From: Mustelus asterias | Lineage: Eukaryota | Direction: 5' to 3' | DNA length: 64,000 nucleotides | Assembly: GCF_964213995.1 (NCBI RefSeq) | Contig: NC_135811.1 | Span: 48,918,001-48,982,000, forward strand | Part shown: in pieces, positions 36,371 to 50,699 of the stretch | How the letters are laid out: every line of letters begins with the position of its first letter | Position numbering within the stretch: position 1 is the first letter of the stretch | The notes under the pieces: model-generated | Told to the model about the DNA's origin: nothing | What the model saw: only the letters and a program-made list of their open reading frames with translations | Database searches by the model: none | Made by a program: the position numbers and the translations under genes

Positions 36371-36519
36371 ATAAGTGATCGTATATCTGTCCAGTATCAG
36401 TTTCAATTCTCATACCTCATGTTGATGCTGGGTCAGTGGAAATTTTTAAGACTGTGATCGATAGATTTTTGTTAGATTTGTTTATCAAGGGATATGGAGC
36501 TATTGTTTGTATAGATTTG

Positions 36520-36797
36520 AGGCATGATTGGCACTGTTGCCTCACAGTCCCAGGGAACCGGGTTCAATTCCGGCCTCGGGTCACTGTCTGTGTGGAGTTT
36601 GCACGTTCTCGCCGTGTCTGCGTGGGTTTCCTCCGGGTGCTCCGGTTTCCTCTCACACTCCAAAGATGTGCGGGTTAGGTGGATTGGCCATGCTAAATTG
36701 CCCCTTCGTTTCAGAGGAATTAGCAGGGTAAATATGTGGGGTTACAGGGAGAGGGTTTGAGTGGGATTCTGCACTGTAGGGATTCTGTGATTCTGTG
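36520..36797 (+). mobile_element. HE1-like V-SINE (type A)
   Basis: Core plus CTGCACTGTAGGGATTCT tail. Confidence 0.85.
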
Positions 36798-36799
36798 AC

Positions 36800-36910
36800 C
36801 AGTAAGAAGTCTCACAACACCAGGTTAAAGTCCAACAGGTTTATCTGGTAGCAAAAGCCACACTAACTTTCGGAGCGCTCGCTGCTCCTTCGTCAGGTCA
36901 GTGGGAGTCA
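36800..36910 (-). mobile_element. Single-arm mini-PLE with hammerhead-like motif
   Basis: CAGTAAGAAGTCTCACAACACCAGG...; reverse strand CTGACGA-A-GGAGC..GCTCC-GAAAG. Confidence 0.8.
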
Positions 36911-38723
36911 GTGGGATTTAACTGGATGGACGGATAAGATGGAGGGACTGAAGACCTATCTATTCCTGTTCCAATACCAAAGCCTTCTGTGGATTGACTT
37001 GCTATGAATCAATTTGTGTTTGGCTTTTAAATTGCCTGTTCTGATTTACTTTTGGCAAGAACTTTAACTCGTTATGTATAATGTTAAAAAAAATGTAATA
37101 CATACGGACCTCTGAGGCTTAGGGTGGAATCATACAAGCATGAAAAGGAAGAGCTTGATTCTTTTCTGTTAAGATGGTTGCAAGTTATTCCTGTTAGAGT
37201 AGGAGTATGATTTATTAGAACAGATCCAAGTGCTGCCTTTCTGGAATTTTTCAGAGTAACTTTTAATCTTGACTTTCACCTCAAGTGTGGTCTTTTGTAA
37301 TGATGGAGAAAATAAGGCATCAGAATGCTGGAATGATAGAGCACAGAAAGAGGCCATTTCACCCATTATACGTATGGCCGATAGACTTATCCAAAAAATT
37401 CCACTCCCTTTCTCCTTCTCCATGCACAGTAGCCCCGCACTGTCGGCCTCCCAATCACTGGCCGGCTTCATTGCTCGATCGCTGCCCCCGCCCCACCCCC
37501 TCCCCCCACATCCCCAGACATGTCCGGGCCAGCCTTGACACCCCCCCCGTCCACCCCCGGCTTGTCTCAAACCTCGCCCCCCCAGCTGTCCTGATCCCCC
37601 CCCCCCCACCACCATCACCCCCCCCCCCCCCCCCCCCCCCGCCAACCCCGGCAGTCATGATCTTACACCTCCCTCACCCCACACCAGCAGCCCCGATTTC
37701 CCCTCCTCCCAGCAGACCCGACCCCCCACCCCGATCCCGGCCCCATCCCCTTGGCACAGCCCGATGCCGGGGCCTTGAGGGCCTCCCTTCACTTTAGCGG
37801 GTTCTGGCCACCGCGAGTGGGGAGCTGTTATAAAGCCCTCTGGAGTAAAACACTCTTGGTGAGGGGGAGACACTAATGGGCCCGGAGACCTCAGTGCCAG
37901 GCCCGCTAATGATATGCTAATAGTTATTTAAATAATTCATTCAGCACCGCACCGATTTCTAGCTTGGAGCTGGCGATGCCGGAAATCCGGAATCTCCGGC
38001 TGGAGATGCGCGGAGGCCATGGCGCCCAGCGGGAAGGCTGCTACATGGTCTCCGTTAATGTCTCCCGGCCCGCTGCGCTGCCACCCCAGGCTTCCTGAGT
38101 CACTGCTGTTTGGTCATGTTGAAGTGGATTGACGTCACAATCTTCCTGCTGTGCACATTTTGGTCTCATTAGGAGCACCCCAATACCCTCATTGGAAATA
38201 GGTGTGCATGCCGTGGGCACCGCTTGGGATGCCCAGGGCATTGTTCCTAAACAATGAGTGCTGGGCAGCTGAATGTTGTGGCAATACTGCAGAAAATTAT
38301 CAGCTGATGGAATAAAACATGACGATGATTGAAATACACACAGATTTACTTATCATCTGTATTCAAGGAAGGACAGAGTGTGACATTTGAGGTGTCCACA
38401 CTTCAGAGGACTAAAGCATTCACACTTCAAATGCTTATCTCCCATCCTGCAAGGACTGAATAATCAGTGTACAGCCAGAGTTTCTTGTTTTGCTTTCTGA
38501 TTTACAATCTTTCATTGATCTGCTTTGATGGTGTTGGCTGGGAGAGGAATTTCCTGCTTTAGATATTCTCTTGCTGGCTCAGTTCAGGATTATTCCAAAT
38601 CCATGCCGGGTATAAGCAGGTTAGCGATTTGAGTGACAATGCTAATTGTTAGCTGCTTGCACTGGGCATGGATTTTGGCAGGCCCACTAAGTATTTACTG
38701 TTCTAATTTAATGTTTTGCATTC

Positions 38724-40462
38724 CATAGAAACATAGAAACTAGAAGCAGGAGTAGGCCATTTGGCCCTTCGAGCTGCTCCACCATTCATTTTCATCATGA
38801 CTGATCATCGAATTCAATATCCTGATTTCCCCCCCATATCCCTTGATCCCTTTAGCCCCAAGAGCTATATCTAATTTCTTCTTGAAATCAGACAACGTTT
38901 TGGACCCAACTACTTTCTATGGTAGTGAATTCTACACATTCACCACCCTCTGGGTGAAGAAATTTCTCCTCACCGCAGTTCTAAAAGGTTTACCCCTTAT
39001 CCTCAATGTATGACCCCCAGTTCTGGACTCCCCCACCATTGGCTACATTCTTTCTGAATCTACCCTGTCTAATCCTGTTAGAATTGTATAAGTTTCTATG
39101 AGATACCCACTCATTCTTCTAAACTCCTGTGGATACAATCCTAACTGAGTTAGCCTCTCTTCATATGACAGACCTGCCATCCCAGGAATCAGCCTGGTAA
39201 ACTTTCGCTGTACTCCCTATAAAGCAAGGACATCCTTCCATGGATAAGGACACCAAACCTGCACACAATACTCCAGATCTGGCCTCACCAATGCCTTATA
39301 CAATTTCAACAAAACATCCCTATCCCTATACTCAAATCCTCTTGCTATGAAGGCCAATTTACCATTTGCCTTCTTTACTGCCTGCTGTACCTGTGCACTA
39401 ACTTTCAGCGACTGATGCTCGAGGACTCCAAGGTCTCGCTGAGTATCCACCTCACTCAATTTACACTCATTCAAGTAATAATCTGTCTTCCCATTATTGC
39501 TACCAAAGTGGATAACCTCACATTTATCCACATTATACTGCATCTGCTATGCAGATACCCACACACTCAGCCTGTCCAAACCATGCTGAAGCATCTCTGC
39601 ATCCTCCTTACAGCTCACTCTCCCACCCAACTTTGTATCATCTGCAAATTTGGAGATAATACATAGTTCCCTCTTCCAAATCATTAATATATAATGTGAA
39701 CAGTTGGGGTCTGAGCACAGATCCCTGCGGAATCCCACTAGTCACTGACTGCTAATCAGAAAAAGACCCTTTATGCCAATTCTTTGCTTCCTATCTGTTA
39801 ACCAGGTTTCTATCCATCTCAAGACATTACCTGCAATCCCATGTGCTTTAACTTTACATAGTAGTCTGCAATGTGAGACCTTGTCAAAAGCCTTCTGAAA
39901 GTTTAAATAAACAACATTCACTGGTTCTCCTTGGTCAACTCCACTAGTTACATCCTCAAAGAATTCCAATAGATTTGTCAAAGATGATTTTCCTTTTGTA
40001 AATCCATGCCGATTATACTACTGCCTTCCAAATGCTGAGTTATGAAATCCTTAATAATGGACTCTAGCAACTTCCCCAGTACTGACGTTAGGCTCACTGG
40101 TCTATAGTTCCCTGTTTTCTCTCTACCTCCCTTTTTGAATAGCGGGCTTACATTAGCCTCCAATCTGTAGGAACCAGTCCAGAGTCTAAAGAATTTTGGA
40201 AAATAACCACCAGTGGATCTACTATTTCCAGGACCACTTCCTTAAGTACTGTGGGATGAAGATTATCAGGACCTGGAGATTTATCCACCTTCAATCGCAT
40301 CAATTTCCCCAAAACCATTTCTCTACTAAAGCTGATTTCCTTCAGCTCCTCACTAAAACTTGGTTTCTCTCAGAACTTCTGGTACATTATTCATGTCTTC
40401 CTTTGTGGAAGCTGAATCAAAGTTCGAATTTAATTCCTCGACCATTTCTTTATTCCCCATTA
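38724..40462 (-). mobile_element. Degenerate CR1 LINE (RT region)
   Basis: Frameshifted pieces NVSPLFKKGGREKTGNYRPVSLTS / FQKAFDKV / [11 protein letters not shown] / LVRPDLEYCVQ; (ATAGAAAC)n tail. Confidence 0.95.
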
Positions 40463-40900
40463 TGACGGGGATGTAATGTAACGTAATCCAGTTGACAGGT
40501 CTTGCACCCTGGAGCTGGTGTAGTATCTACTGACTAACTGATGGCTGTCTGAATGTTACTACCATATGTTTGTTTTGTATACTTCCCTGCGATTGTATCA
40601 TTATTCTTCAGGAATCTCTTGGTTAACAAGTTCTCAAGGAGAGAATCACTCTGGAGGGGACTGTACAGCTGATTGGTAAATAAGGGTAGGCATTGTGACT
40701 CATCGGGTGAGTTTTTGACCTTGCTGCGTGCGGACCTAAAAATTGGTTCCGTGCCCAGCGCCAAACAGTTTGCAATTGCCCTGGCCGCTTTCTCCTGGCA
40801 CAAACAGAATCGTGCCCAGAAAGGGCGCAAGGCCGATTAGCATGAGACTGATTGGATTGCAGTCTCATTAATGAGTGTTGCACATGATCGTTTCCTCACA

Positions 40901-40931
<31 letters not shown>

Positions 40932-43900
40932 AATGTTTTCACCTCTCTGACGGGATGTCACACGCGCGTGAATCGGTACTGGTCTCCACTAGCAGAGATA
41001 GGATGCTCGGAGGTCATTGAAGCGTCCAGGTGGTCAGGGGCATGGCCTGGTAATGCCCATTGGGGCAATGCCTATTGGGTAGTGCCCACTGGACACCCTG
41101 GCAGTACCAGTGGGAACTACCGGTGTGCCAGGGCAGTATCAAGAGAGTGGAGTCTGAGTGTGTTGGGGCCTAAGTGGAGGTTATCAATAGAAGGGGGGTT
41201 ATGACAGTGGAGTCTACGATGGCGGGGGGGGGGGCGCTGCTATGCAGAGGGGACTATAATGGGGGGGCTACGAGTGGGAGCCAATGATGGGGGGCTAATC
41301 AGGGGGGACTAGGATAGGGGGGCTATGCAGGGGGGACTATGATGGGGGGGCTATGCAGGGGAGGTCATGCAGGAGTGGATCATTAAGGGGATCTTGATTG
41401 GGCGGCATGTTGTGGGTCCTGATGGGGGAAGGGGCATGTCAGGGGTCATGTAGGAGATCCACTGGGAGGGCCCCACTGCCCTGATGCTGGTGACCCATTT
41501 CAGAGAGGAGATTGGGGGAACATGCTATGCTGATGAGGGTCCCAATGTCTGTGGGGGAAGGCGGGGGGGGGGGGGGGCAGTACACTGTGAGATTGGGGGG
41601 GGGGTGCCCCCAGTACACTGAGATTGGGGCGCCCTTATGAAATGGTGCCCGAGCGCTCTGCAGTGGTGTTTTTAGCCCCACCCCACCCCCACCCCCACCC
41701 CACCTCACCCCACCCCACCCCACCCCACCCCACCCCCACCTCACCCCACCCCACCCCACCCCACCCCACCCCCAGTACTGGCATGCAGCTCACCACTCTC
41801 CGAAAAAGTGAGTGAGTGTGGGACGATTGCAGTCTGGAGCGCGCCTTATGGAATGGCACTGGTCGCTCTGGTATTCTCGCCACTTCATTTTTTGGGGGGG
41901 TTGGGCGGGGGAGTGGTGAATTCCGTCCACTGTTTTAGCCTTTTAGAATTCTCTACCTCAGAAGCTTGTGGATTTATTATGGTGATGGAGAGATGTTTGG
42001 TCTCTCAGAGGCGTGAGGAAAATGGGGGGCGGACAGAAAGATGAGTTTAGGTTGAAGATGAGCCACGACCGTAGTGAGTGTTGGAGCAGCCAGGAAGGGC
42101 TCTATCTGCTCTTGCTCCTATTCCTTAATGTCGGTGACAAAAACACACTTTGTTTTCAGCATTCCCATCGGGAAGGACGCTCTTCAAATTCAGGATTAAC
42201 AAAAGACAAAAAGGATTACGAGACCCTGACCTGGTGGTGGGGCCCTCATACAGCCAGCAGCTCTCTCAGGGTGGTGGGTGACACCTCCCTTGACTCTGCC
42301 GCCCTGCTGGCTGAGAGCATGGCCACTGCCCACAGCACTGAGTGTGGCAAAATACATCACATGGTGTGAGTCACATGTCTGCCACAGGACCAACTTCCTA
42401 TCAACAGGAAGTTGGCCCTGCGGCCCTGAGTGCACATGCAGCCTGCTACAGTTGCAAATAGCAAGTCTGAAGGTAAACTAGTGTTCAGAGGAGATTGAAG
42501 AGAACATGGTGAACGACACTTCCTGTCAGGAGGTGCACCTTCGTTATTGTTTTAATTTAATGTTTGATACTGTGTTCCAAAGAATTATATCCTGTAAAAT
42601 GTCTTGCGTTTCAAAACTGGTACAACATCATTGAATGATGATAATTTTGTTTGGTTCCGATCATTTATAGAATAGAATATTATACATATGAGAATGTTGC
42701 AGTTTCTACGTAACCAGATCTTGTGACACTAAACTTACCAAACAGTAAGGTTTATTTTCCTCAGTGTGTAAAGTTGAAGAAGAATTCGCTCACTGTTGTA
42801 TTGAAAGCTTAAATTGATTTGTAACAAGGCACATTGTGTATCCTGTGGAATATATTCTGCCCGATGGGCATTACTAGCAGTGTAACCAGCCCGCATTGGT
42901 TCGTTCATCTCAATGTGCATGTGGACTTCAGCTGGACAAAAAGCTTGACATTTTTTCCGAAAATAATTGTGAAAGTGCGAGGAATTTTTTTTTTTAAGAT
43001 CAAGGTGCACAGTGTTCAATAACGGGGCCTCACTGGACCTTTCTTTATAATGCCTGGGGAACCAATGACTACATCAGACCAGTCATGATCTCATTGAATG
43101 GCGGAGCAGACTCGATGGGCCGAACGGCCTACTTCTGCTCATACGTCTTATAACTTTCTTGGGCTGCAGCTCTCTCAATGTGAGGCCGGCGGAATCTCGG
43201 TAATTTGTATATGGAATGCTGGAAGGTGACCAGCAATTTGTGCCACGTGTTAGTGAACCGATCTGCTGTAATTTGGTTGTTCAAATGCAAAATGGTTCCT
43301 CCAGGGTGCTGAAATTGGGTCTGTTAGAGGTGAGAAGCCAAGGCGCCTATGAAGCTAAAGTCCCAGACAACACAAGGCAACAATGAGAGAATTCATGATC
43401 AATAATTCGAAGGGCTTTAGATATACTCCCAATGTTGCCTCATTTTTCCTGCTGGAGGACGGCAGATCTGGTGGATGGTCATTAATAATGTGAAGTGAGA
43501 AGTGGATTTGTTCTGCAGTTAGCATCCAATCCTCCAGGGCGCTTGACTTTCCCTCTAAAAACTGGAGAAAGTGTTCAGATACCACATTGATTTTCAGTGC
43601 TGGGCCCATGAGGCCCCCTGCAGCAAAGACAAGTTGGATCTGATGGTATTCTGCAGATTCTTGCTCCTCTCTCGCGCCCTTGCCTGTCATTAGTACCTAC
43701 CTCAAACTGAGAAATCCTCACCGTCCAGGCTGGATGAACTTGGCATGGATGGAGTGAGTGCTGTGGAAAGGTTGAATTACGGTCTCCAATTCACCTTTCG
43801 GGCAAGAAGATATGTTAGAAACATGGCTGCGTAGGAACCTCTCAAACAGCGAATATAGCTTACATCAGCAACAGCGGTTTGCTTTATTATAAGGATGAGA

Positions 43901-45224
43901 ATGAGTGATGGGAGGAAAAACACAAGAAAAGAATAGTTCTGTCTCTGTGCTGTGAGGAGATCGCTAACATCACCATGCTCCACTCTCTGTATGTTCTCAG
44001 CTACATTATGGCTCTTCATATAGCTCAGGGCTCTATAACGAGGGGAATTCTGATTCTGGTGAAATGTTTTGCACTGCAAGTACAGAAATAATGTTATAAA
44101 TGTAAAGAGCAAAAAACTGGCAATTGGTCACTCAATACGTAGACCAGCATGCTTCATGCTTATTGTGGTGTAGGAAGCTTTCTTTACAGTTTGAAATGGC
44201 AGCCATGAAATGTTCTCTGATGCAACGTGTCTGTGCCAGCAGGAAAGGTTGAGAAAACGGTTGAGCACAACTCCCAAGCAGGCTGTAATCAGGTGAGAGG
44301 AGTTAGTGATCTCTCTCTGTGACATAGCACAGTGCTGGCTTGCCTTACCTTGGTGAACGCACTGAAACCTTTGTAACCTCATCTGCTCCACGCTGCCTGG
44401 ACACTGGATGGTGCACTACCTCTGACAGCTAGTTCCTGCATGTTCTGGATTTTTCTTTACTGAGGCCAATGAGGAGAATTCTCCTTTTCCTGTGCTGCTG
44501 CTCCAAAAAACCTGGTGAACTGGCGACGGGCTGTACTCTTTGCCCAGCCCTTTTTTACGTGGAAACTGAAGAACCACTGGCCCTTTAAATAGCAACTGCA
44601 TCTGTTAGGAGCTTCAGCCACATCTAATCCCGGGCCCTGCTGTCTGGAATGTTTACCGTGCTGCTTCTGTGAAATGGAGATAACCTTTAGAGTTTGAAAT
44701 TGTTTCAAATGATTTTGTTGGGGTGTGAATCTGCCTCGATGAAGTGAATGATAGAGTTATATCTCAATTAACGATCATTCATATCACACACAACATCATG
44801 TCATGCGTGACATCCTTCATATCAAATTGATACAAATGCTCCCATGAGGACTTAGTCATTACTGTGAGACAAAATATGACTGGAAGAGGATTTAATGCTA
44901 ATTTATACAGTACTTACACAAAGGGTACACACTAGAAATTGCTTTTAAAATTTATGATATCATTTTAACCAAAAAATATCCAAGAATTGTATACAGTTCT
45001 AAGACATTTCTAAAAAATTATCAATTGTTTTTCACCTGGAGAATAATTGCTTTGAAACCTTGTTTTTGCCTTTGTTGTATAATATATATATATATCTGCT
45101 CTTCTGAAGGAATAAATTCTCTTTTCAAAGATTAATTCATTTCCTAAGTTTGCCTTTTACTAGCTGAAACCTGCGCTCTTTCACCACTTGATATAAAAAA
45201 AAATTTCAGACTCATACATCATTC

Positions 45225-45520
45225 GGGTGGCATGATGGCACAGTGGTTAGCACTGCTGTCTCACAGCGCCAGGGACCCGGGTTTGATTCCTGGCTTGGGT
45301 CACTGTCTGCGTGGAGTTTGCGCGTTCACTGCGTGTCTTTCCTCCCACAGTCCAAAGATGAGGAGGTTAGGTGGATTGGCCATGCTAAATTGCCCCTTAG
45401 TGTCAGGGGGACTAGCTAGGGGTAAATGCATGGGGTTATGGGGATAGGGCCTGGGTAGGATTGTGGTCAGTGCAGGCTCGATAGGCCGAATGGCCTCCTT
45501 CTGAACTGTAGGATTCTATG
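45225..45520 (+). mobile_element. HE1-like V-SINE (type A); a partial copy follows at ~45880-46105
   Basis: Head, core and type A tail. Confidence 0.88.
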
Positions 45521-47734
45521 GTGATCCCTGTTAAAATGGTGAGATACTCCATTATTATTACATGGGAAAAGGAGGCAATCCAGCCACAATGCAGTGTAGT
45601 GTGGCTGAGGGAGGAACTCAAAGCTACAGATGGAGTAACTGCTGATTTTGTGCATGTTCTGGACAGCAGAATAGGACCCGCAATGTTTTGCGGGATCACA
45701 TTCCACGGAGATATGCTCATTCATTGGTTCCAGTGTTTTTCCAGGATTTCTGTGGATCTTGCGTCAAGGTAATGGACGCTCATTCCCTGTGTTAAACTGT
45801 CAGCATTGGGAATATTAAATACCTGTCCTCTGCATCTCCCTATTTCAGTTTCTGACTGAATTGACCAGAAACAGAGCAGGGAGTGTAGAGTTTGCACATT
45901 CTCCCCGTGTCTGCGTGGGTTTCCTCTGGGAGCTCCGATTTCCTTCCATAGTCCTAAAATGTGTGGGTTAGATGGTTTGGCCATGGGAAATGTGTGGGGT
46001 TATGGCATAGGCTGGGGGAGAGGGCCTGGGTTAGATACTCTGTCAGAGAGTCGGTGTAGACTCGGTGGGCCGAATGGCCTCTTCTGCACTGTAGGGATTC
46101 TATGACTCCCGACGATAATGGAACACCCACCTCTCCCACCCATACACCACAATCCTTTGAGATTTTACATTTTAAAATTAACTTGGATGTTTCCAGCCCA
46201 TTTGTTTCTCCACCAGGGTGTGCTCTTGTACTGAAAAATCAGGTGGAATTTTCTTTTTTGGTTTGAACAGATTTGAGAGGAATAAAAGATGGAATTTGCG
46301 AAGGAAATGATTCCAATGCAAATTGTTCCATTCAGGAACAATACCCCTGAGTGCGAGCTACAGTGTCCCACGGCAATCAGCGAATCTTTCAAATTGGGAT
46401 TGGCAATGAGTGACAGCAGGTTCCTGCTGGTCCTCTGACACCACCCCTTCTTATCCGCACATTGTGACGCCCCTGATCACACACCCTCATCAAGATGATC
46501 TGCACCCTCTCAGAATGGGTGATGGTGCTGGTAATTGCAAACCATCAGGGCAAGGGGTGTGCTGTGGCTAGGTAGGTGAAGAAGGGGCACTGGCAGTGCC
46601 ACCAGATCTAACCATACCATGCCAAGGAAGGTGCCAACACCATGGATCAGATCTTGTTCAACACGATATTAACTGTGTGTGATGCTTGTGAGGTTGGATG
46701 GCGCTACGTCAAAAGACGAACCAGGTGCACCAGTGAGCCGTTACTAGTCCTGTGTTATGGTTTAGCCTCAGCCTCCACTATTCTCTATGCAATCCTATCT
46801 CCAGAGCATTTAGTGTCCTGAGCTGTAAGCCCGTTCAGATCTGTTCCATCCCGTGCAGTCAGAGAAGGTGTTTTACGGAGATACGTTGAAGGAGCATACA
46901 CACATGTTGCCAGGCCATCAAACCTCAGCCCCGAGGATACCTCGGATGAGGAATCTGAGGGGAACCACATTGATGAGCTGTCACAGTGCTCACCCAGATC
47001 CTTCACCAGCGCAGGAACACGACATCTCGGTGGGACCAAATTCCAGAGTAACCTTAGGGCCACAACCTGGTGACCACCGCACACTGTCTGATCCACAGCA
47101 GGGGGGTCACAGGGACATCCTAGGTTGTCAACACTTGGTGGACAGCTGGAGGCCAGGTATCTGCTGGGTCTGAGTCAGAAGACAAGCCAATGGACTTGGC
47201 CCAAAAATCAGATGGTGGAGCTTCAGCGACAGTCATCAGAGAGCCAGCAAGGGATGTCAGCTGCGCTCCTCAGATTGTAACACACCATGGAGGAATCATC
47301 TACCTTCGGTCTGAGGTGATAGTACATTGGCATGCTGGCACTGAGGTTGATATTGGCAGCTGGGGAGACTTTTGTCCAGGGCCATTGGTCCTGCACTGCT
47401 GCCATTGGTGTAGTCACTGTAGTCATTGTCACAGGTGGGTGCCACCAATGTCAGAGGGCTGCAGGACATCTTGATCTCATTCCAGCCGCCCTACTCAAGG
47501 AGTCAGTCAGGGGCCCTTAGTCACCTATAGGGAGGATAACCAGAGCTGGCCACCCAGGTGACTCTGCGAGTGTCCGGCAGCTCCCAATCCTCTCTTCCTT
47601 TGACCACGTCGGATCCACAGGTTGGGGAAGCTGCAACTGGCTCACGGCAAGACCCCAAAAGCAGGATGGGGCCCCCCAGGTCTCGACTTTACAGAAGATG
47701 CCCACCAAAGTCACCACAAACAGCAGGGCATTAC

Positions 47735-48252
47735 AGTCATAGAGTCATAGAGGTTTACAGCATGGAAACAGGCCCCTCAGCCCAACTTATCCATGCCGCC
47801 CAGTTTTTACCATTAAGCTAGTCCCAATTGCCCACGTTTGGCCCATACCTCTCTATACTCATGTAACTGTCCAACTACTTTATAAAAGACAAAATTGTAC
47901 CCACCTCTACTACTGCCTCTGGCAGCTCGTTCCAGACACTCACCATCCTCTGTGTGAAAAAATTGCTCCTCTGTCCCCTTTTGTATGTCTCCCCTTAAAC
48001 CAAATCCCTCTAATTTTAGACTTCCCATAGAGGGGATCTCTGCCCCTTATTATTTTATAGACCTCTATAAGATCACCCTTAAGCCTCCTATATTCCAGGG
48101 AAAGAAGTCCCAGTCTACCAGCCTCTCCTTATAACTCAAACCATCAAGTCCCGGTCGCATCTTAGTAAATCTTTTCTGCACTCTTTCTAGTTTAATAATA
48201 TCCTTTCTATAATCGGGTGAGTATTCCAAGTGTGGCCTTACAACTTCAACAA
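47735..48252 (-). mobile_element. Degenerate CR1 3' fragment
   Basis: (CATAGAGT)n tail, GAAACAGGCCCCTCAGCCCA stem and C-terminal ORF2 remnant. Confidence 0.85.
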
Positions 48253-49216
48253 GTCAGCAGGCTGCCTCCATCTCCACCATGGATGTCTACGGAGAACCAA
48301 GATGGAGCAGCAGGGTAAGGAAAGTGGATGTAGTTGCATAATGTGGGCATGGTTGGTAAACACTTGTACATAATGTTCACCAATGTAAATACACCCCCAG
48401 ACATTTCATGCCTCCTTGCGAATGCTTTTGATGAGCTGTGCTCATGTCAATCAGGTGTGAAAGCTTGGTTCCTGTAAACACGAAAGGTAATTGTCGGTAT
48501 CCTGGGCTTCTCATCTGTGCAGTATGTTACTTTCTGACCATAGTGCGTTTCCTGTTTCAGCGTCACTCTCCAGATCAGCAATGCCTGCACCTTAATGCAA
48601 AGTCTGATTGCTGCAAGAATCTCATACACCATTGTCGCAGGGTGCCATGATGCGCTGTGTTGACTCTGTACCATTGAGATGGAGGTGTCCCCCTATCTTG
48701 TCTGCATTCTTGAGAGCTGAAGGGATGCTGTTGAAAGGAACAGGTGATGACGCTTGCAGAAGACCCATGTACTCTGACACTCCACATGCCTGCTGTCTCT
48801 CAGCTGGATCTCCATGCGATGAGCCTCTGCACGGAGATTATGGACTCTGTCCTCAGCCAGACAAAGTGTCAGACAGGTTGATGAGGGAATGGCACATTGT
48901 GTGCAGGCACTGAAATATCCAACCTCGAATGTCTACAACTCTGAAGTTGGGACCATTGCGGGGAGAATGGTATCTTCACAAAGTTGGTTGGCAGCAATGT
49001 TCATCCCATCACCTTTACTCTCCAGCAAGTTGGAAATGGTGATCTCTGAGGGCCACATTGGCATTTAGGCCCACACATTTAGGCCAATGTGAAAGGATCA
49101 AGTGTGCAATAAGCCAGAACGGGGCTCCCCATTAGTCAAGACATGACCCTTAAGGGATTCATGTTTTATCATATTGGATTTTGCAAGGACAAGGTCTGTC
49201 CATGAGCACGCGCTTA

Positions 49217-49540
49217 GGGCGGCACAGTGGCACAGTGGTTAGCACTGCTGCCTCACGGCGCCAGGGACCTGGGTTTGATTCCCGGCTTGGTGACTGTCTG
49301 TGCAGAGTTTGCACATTCTCCCCATGTCTACGTGGGTTTCCTCCAGGTGCTCCAGCTTCCTCCCACAGCCCAAAAGACGAGCTGGTTAGGTGCATTGGCC
49401 ATGCTAAATTCTCCCTCAGTGTACCCGAACAGGTGCTGGAGAATGGCAACTACGGGATTTTCACAGTAACTTCATTGCAGTGTTAATGTAAACCCACTTG
49501 TGACACTAACAAATAAACACAAAATAAATAAAAATAAACT
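49217..49540 (+). mobile_element. HE1-like V-SINE (type B); a partial type A copy lies at ~49778-49988
   Basis: Head GGGCGGCACAGTGGCACAGTGGTTAGC and type B tail. Confidence 0.9.
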
Positions 49541-50216
49541 TGTATGTCAGAGGAAGCAGCTCAATGTCATGTAGCCAAGTGCCTTTGTCACTCTCCACTG
49601 TACCACTTCCATTCTTGTGTTGCGATCAATGGAACTATTCAACTTGAACTGAAACTGACAATGAGAGCGTCATTTCAGGGAGGGTGCCAAAACCCACTGA
49701 GTCGCCTGTCAGTGCTGTCACACCAAAGGCATTTCACTGGGTCCCTTGTCCCAAGTGTAATGTTTCTCTCTCACCAATTTCCTCCCACAGTCCAAAGATG
49801 TGCGGGGTAGGTTGATTGGCCATGCTAAAATTGCCCTTAGTGTCCTGAGATGTGTAGGTTAGAGGGATTAGTGGGTAAATATGTAGGGATATGGGGGTAG
49901 GGCCTGGGCGGGATTGTGGTCGGTGCAGACTCGATGGGCCGAATGGCCTCTTTCTGTACAGTAGGGATTCTATGATTCTATGATTCTAATGCGGTAACAC
50001 ATTGGGCGCGGCTGCCTTGGTCAAGATGAATCTCACTGAGAAGCCTTGCCAGGATAAAGCCATACAGAAATGATCATAATTATGATTGTCCAAATAGCTG
50101 TTCATCTTTTAGGGTGGTGCTGTTACTGGGACGCTTGATGAACGTGTGAGGATGTAGCAGATTCTGATGTCTAAAGACAGAAGGACTTCTTCCAGGTAGC
50201 ACTGCATCTCAGGACT

Positions 50217-50425
50217 GATGTGGAGTTGCCAGCATTGGACTGGGGTGGGCACAGTAAGTAGTCTCACAACACCAGGTTAAATTCCAACAGGTTTATTTGG
50301 TAGTATGAGCTTTCGGAGCACTGCCCCTTCATCAGGTGAGTCCTGATAAAGGGGCAACGCTCCGAAAGCTTGTGCTACCAAATAAACCTGTTGGACTTTA
50401 ACCTGGTGTTGTGAGATTACTTATG
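50217..50425 (-). mobile_element. Hairpin mini-PLE with complete hammerhead-like core
   Basis: Tail plus inverted arms; TSD TCTCAGGACTGATG; reverse strand CTGATGA-A-GGGGC-AGT-GCTCC-GAAA-GC-TC at 50335-50307. Confidence 0.85.
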
Positions 50426-50699
50426 TCTCAGGACTGATGCATGCCCTTGAGGCAGCCTAATCCTTCATAGCACCGGGGTAATGTGAGCAATCCATGTAAC
50501 ATTGCAGTGTCATCAAGTAACTCGTGTGAAATTTAAATTGTGTGAAATATGTGAAGCAGCAATGTTGGTGTTGATGCTGGCCCATGGTGGAGGAGACGTA
50601 TCCAGCAGTGTCCTCACTGCATCTTATCGTCCTCCTCCTGAGGGCCTCACATCTGGCCAGCACAATGGCCTCTTCCCCTCTTCCTCAGCTTCCAGGACC

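Noticed and set aside
46430-49000. Cluster of 60-106 aa ORFs as an unannotated gene
   Set aside because: No recognisable domain or coherent exon chain. It is probably decayed Harbinger-related sequence, but I could not support this well enough to annotate it.
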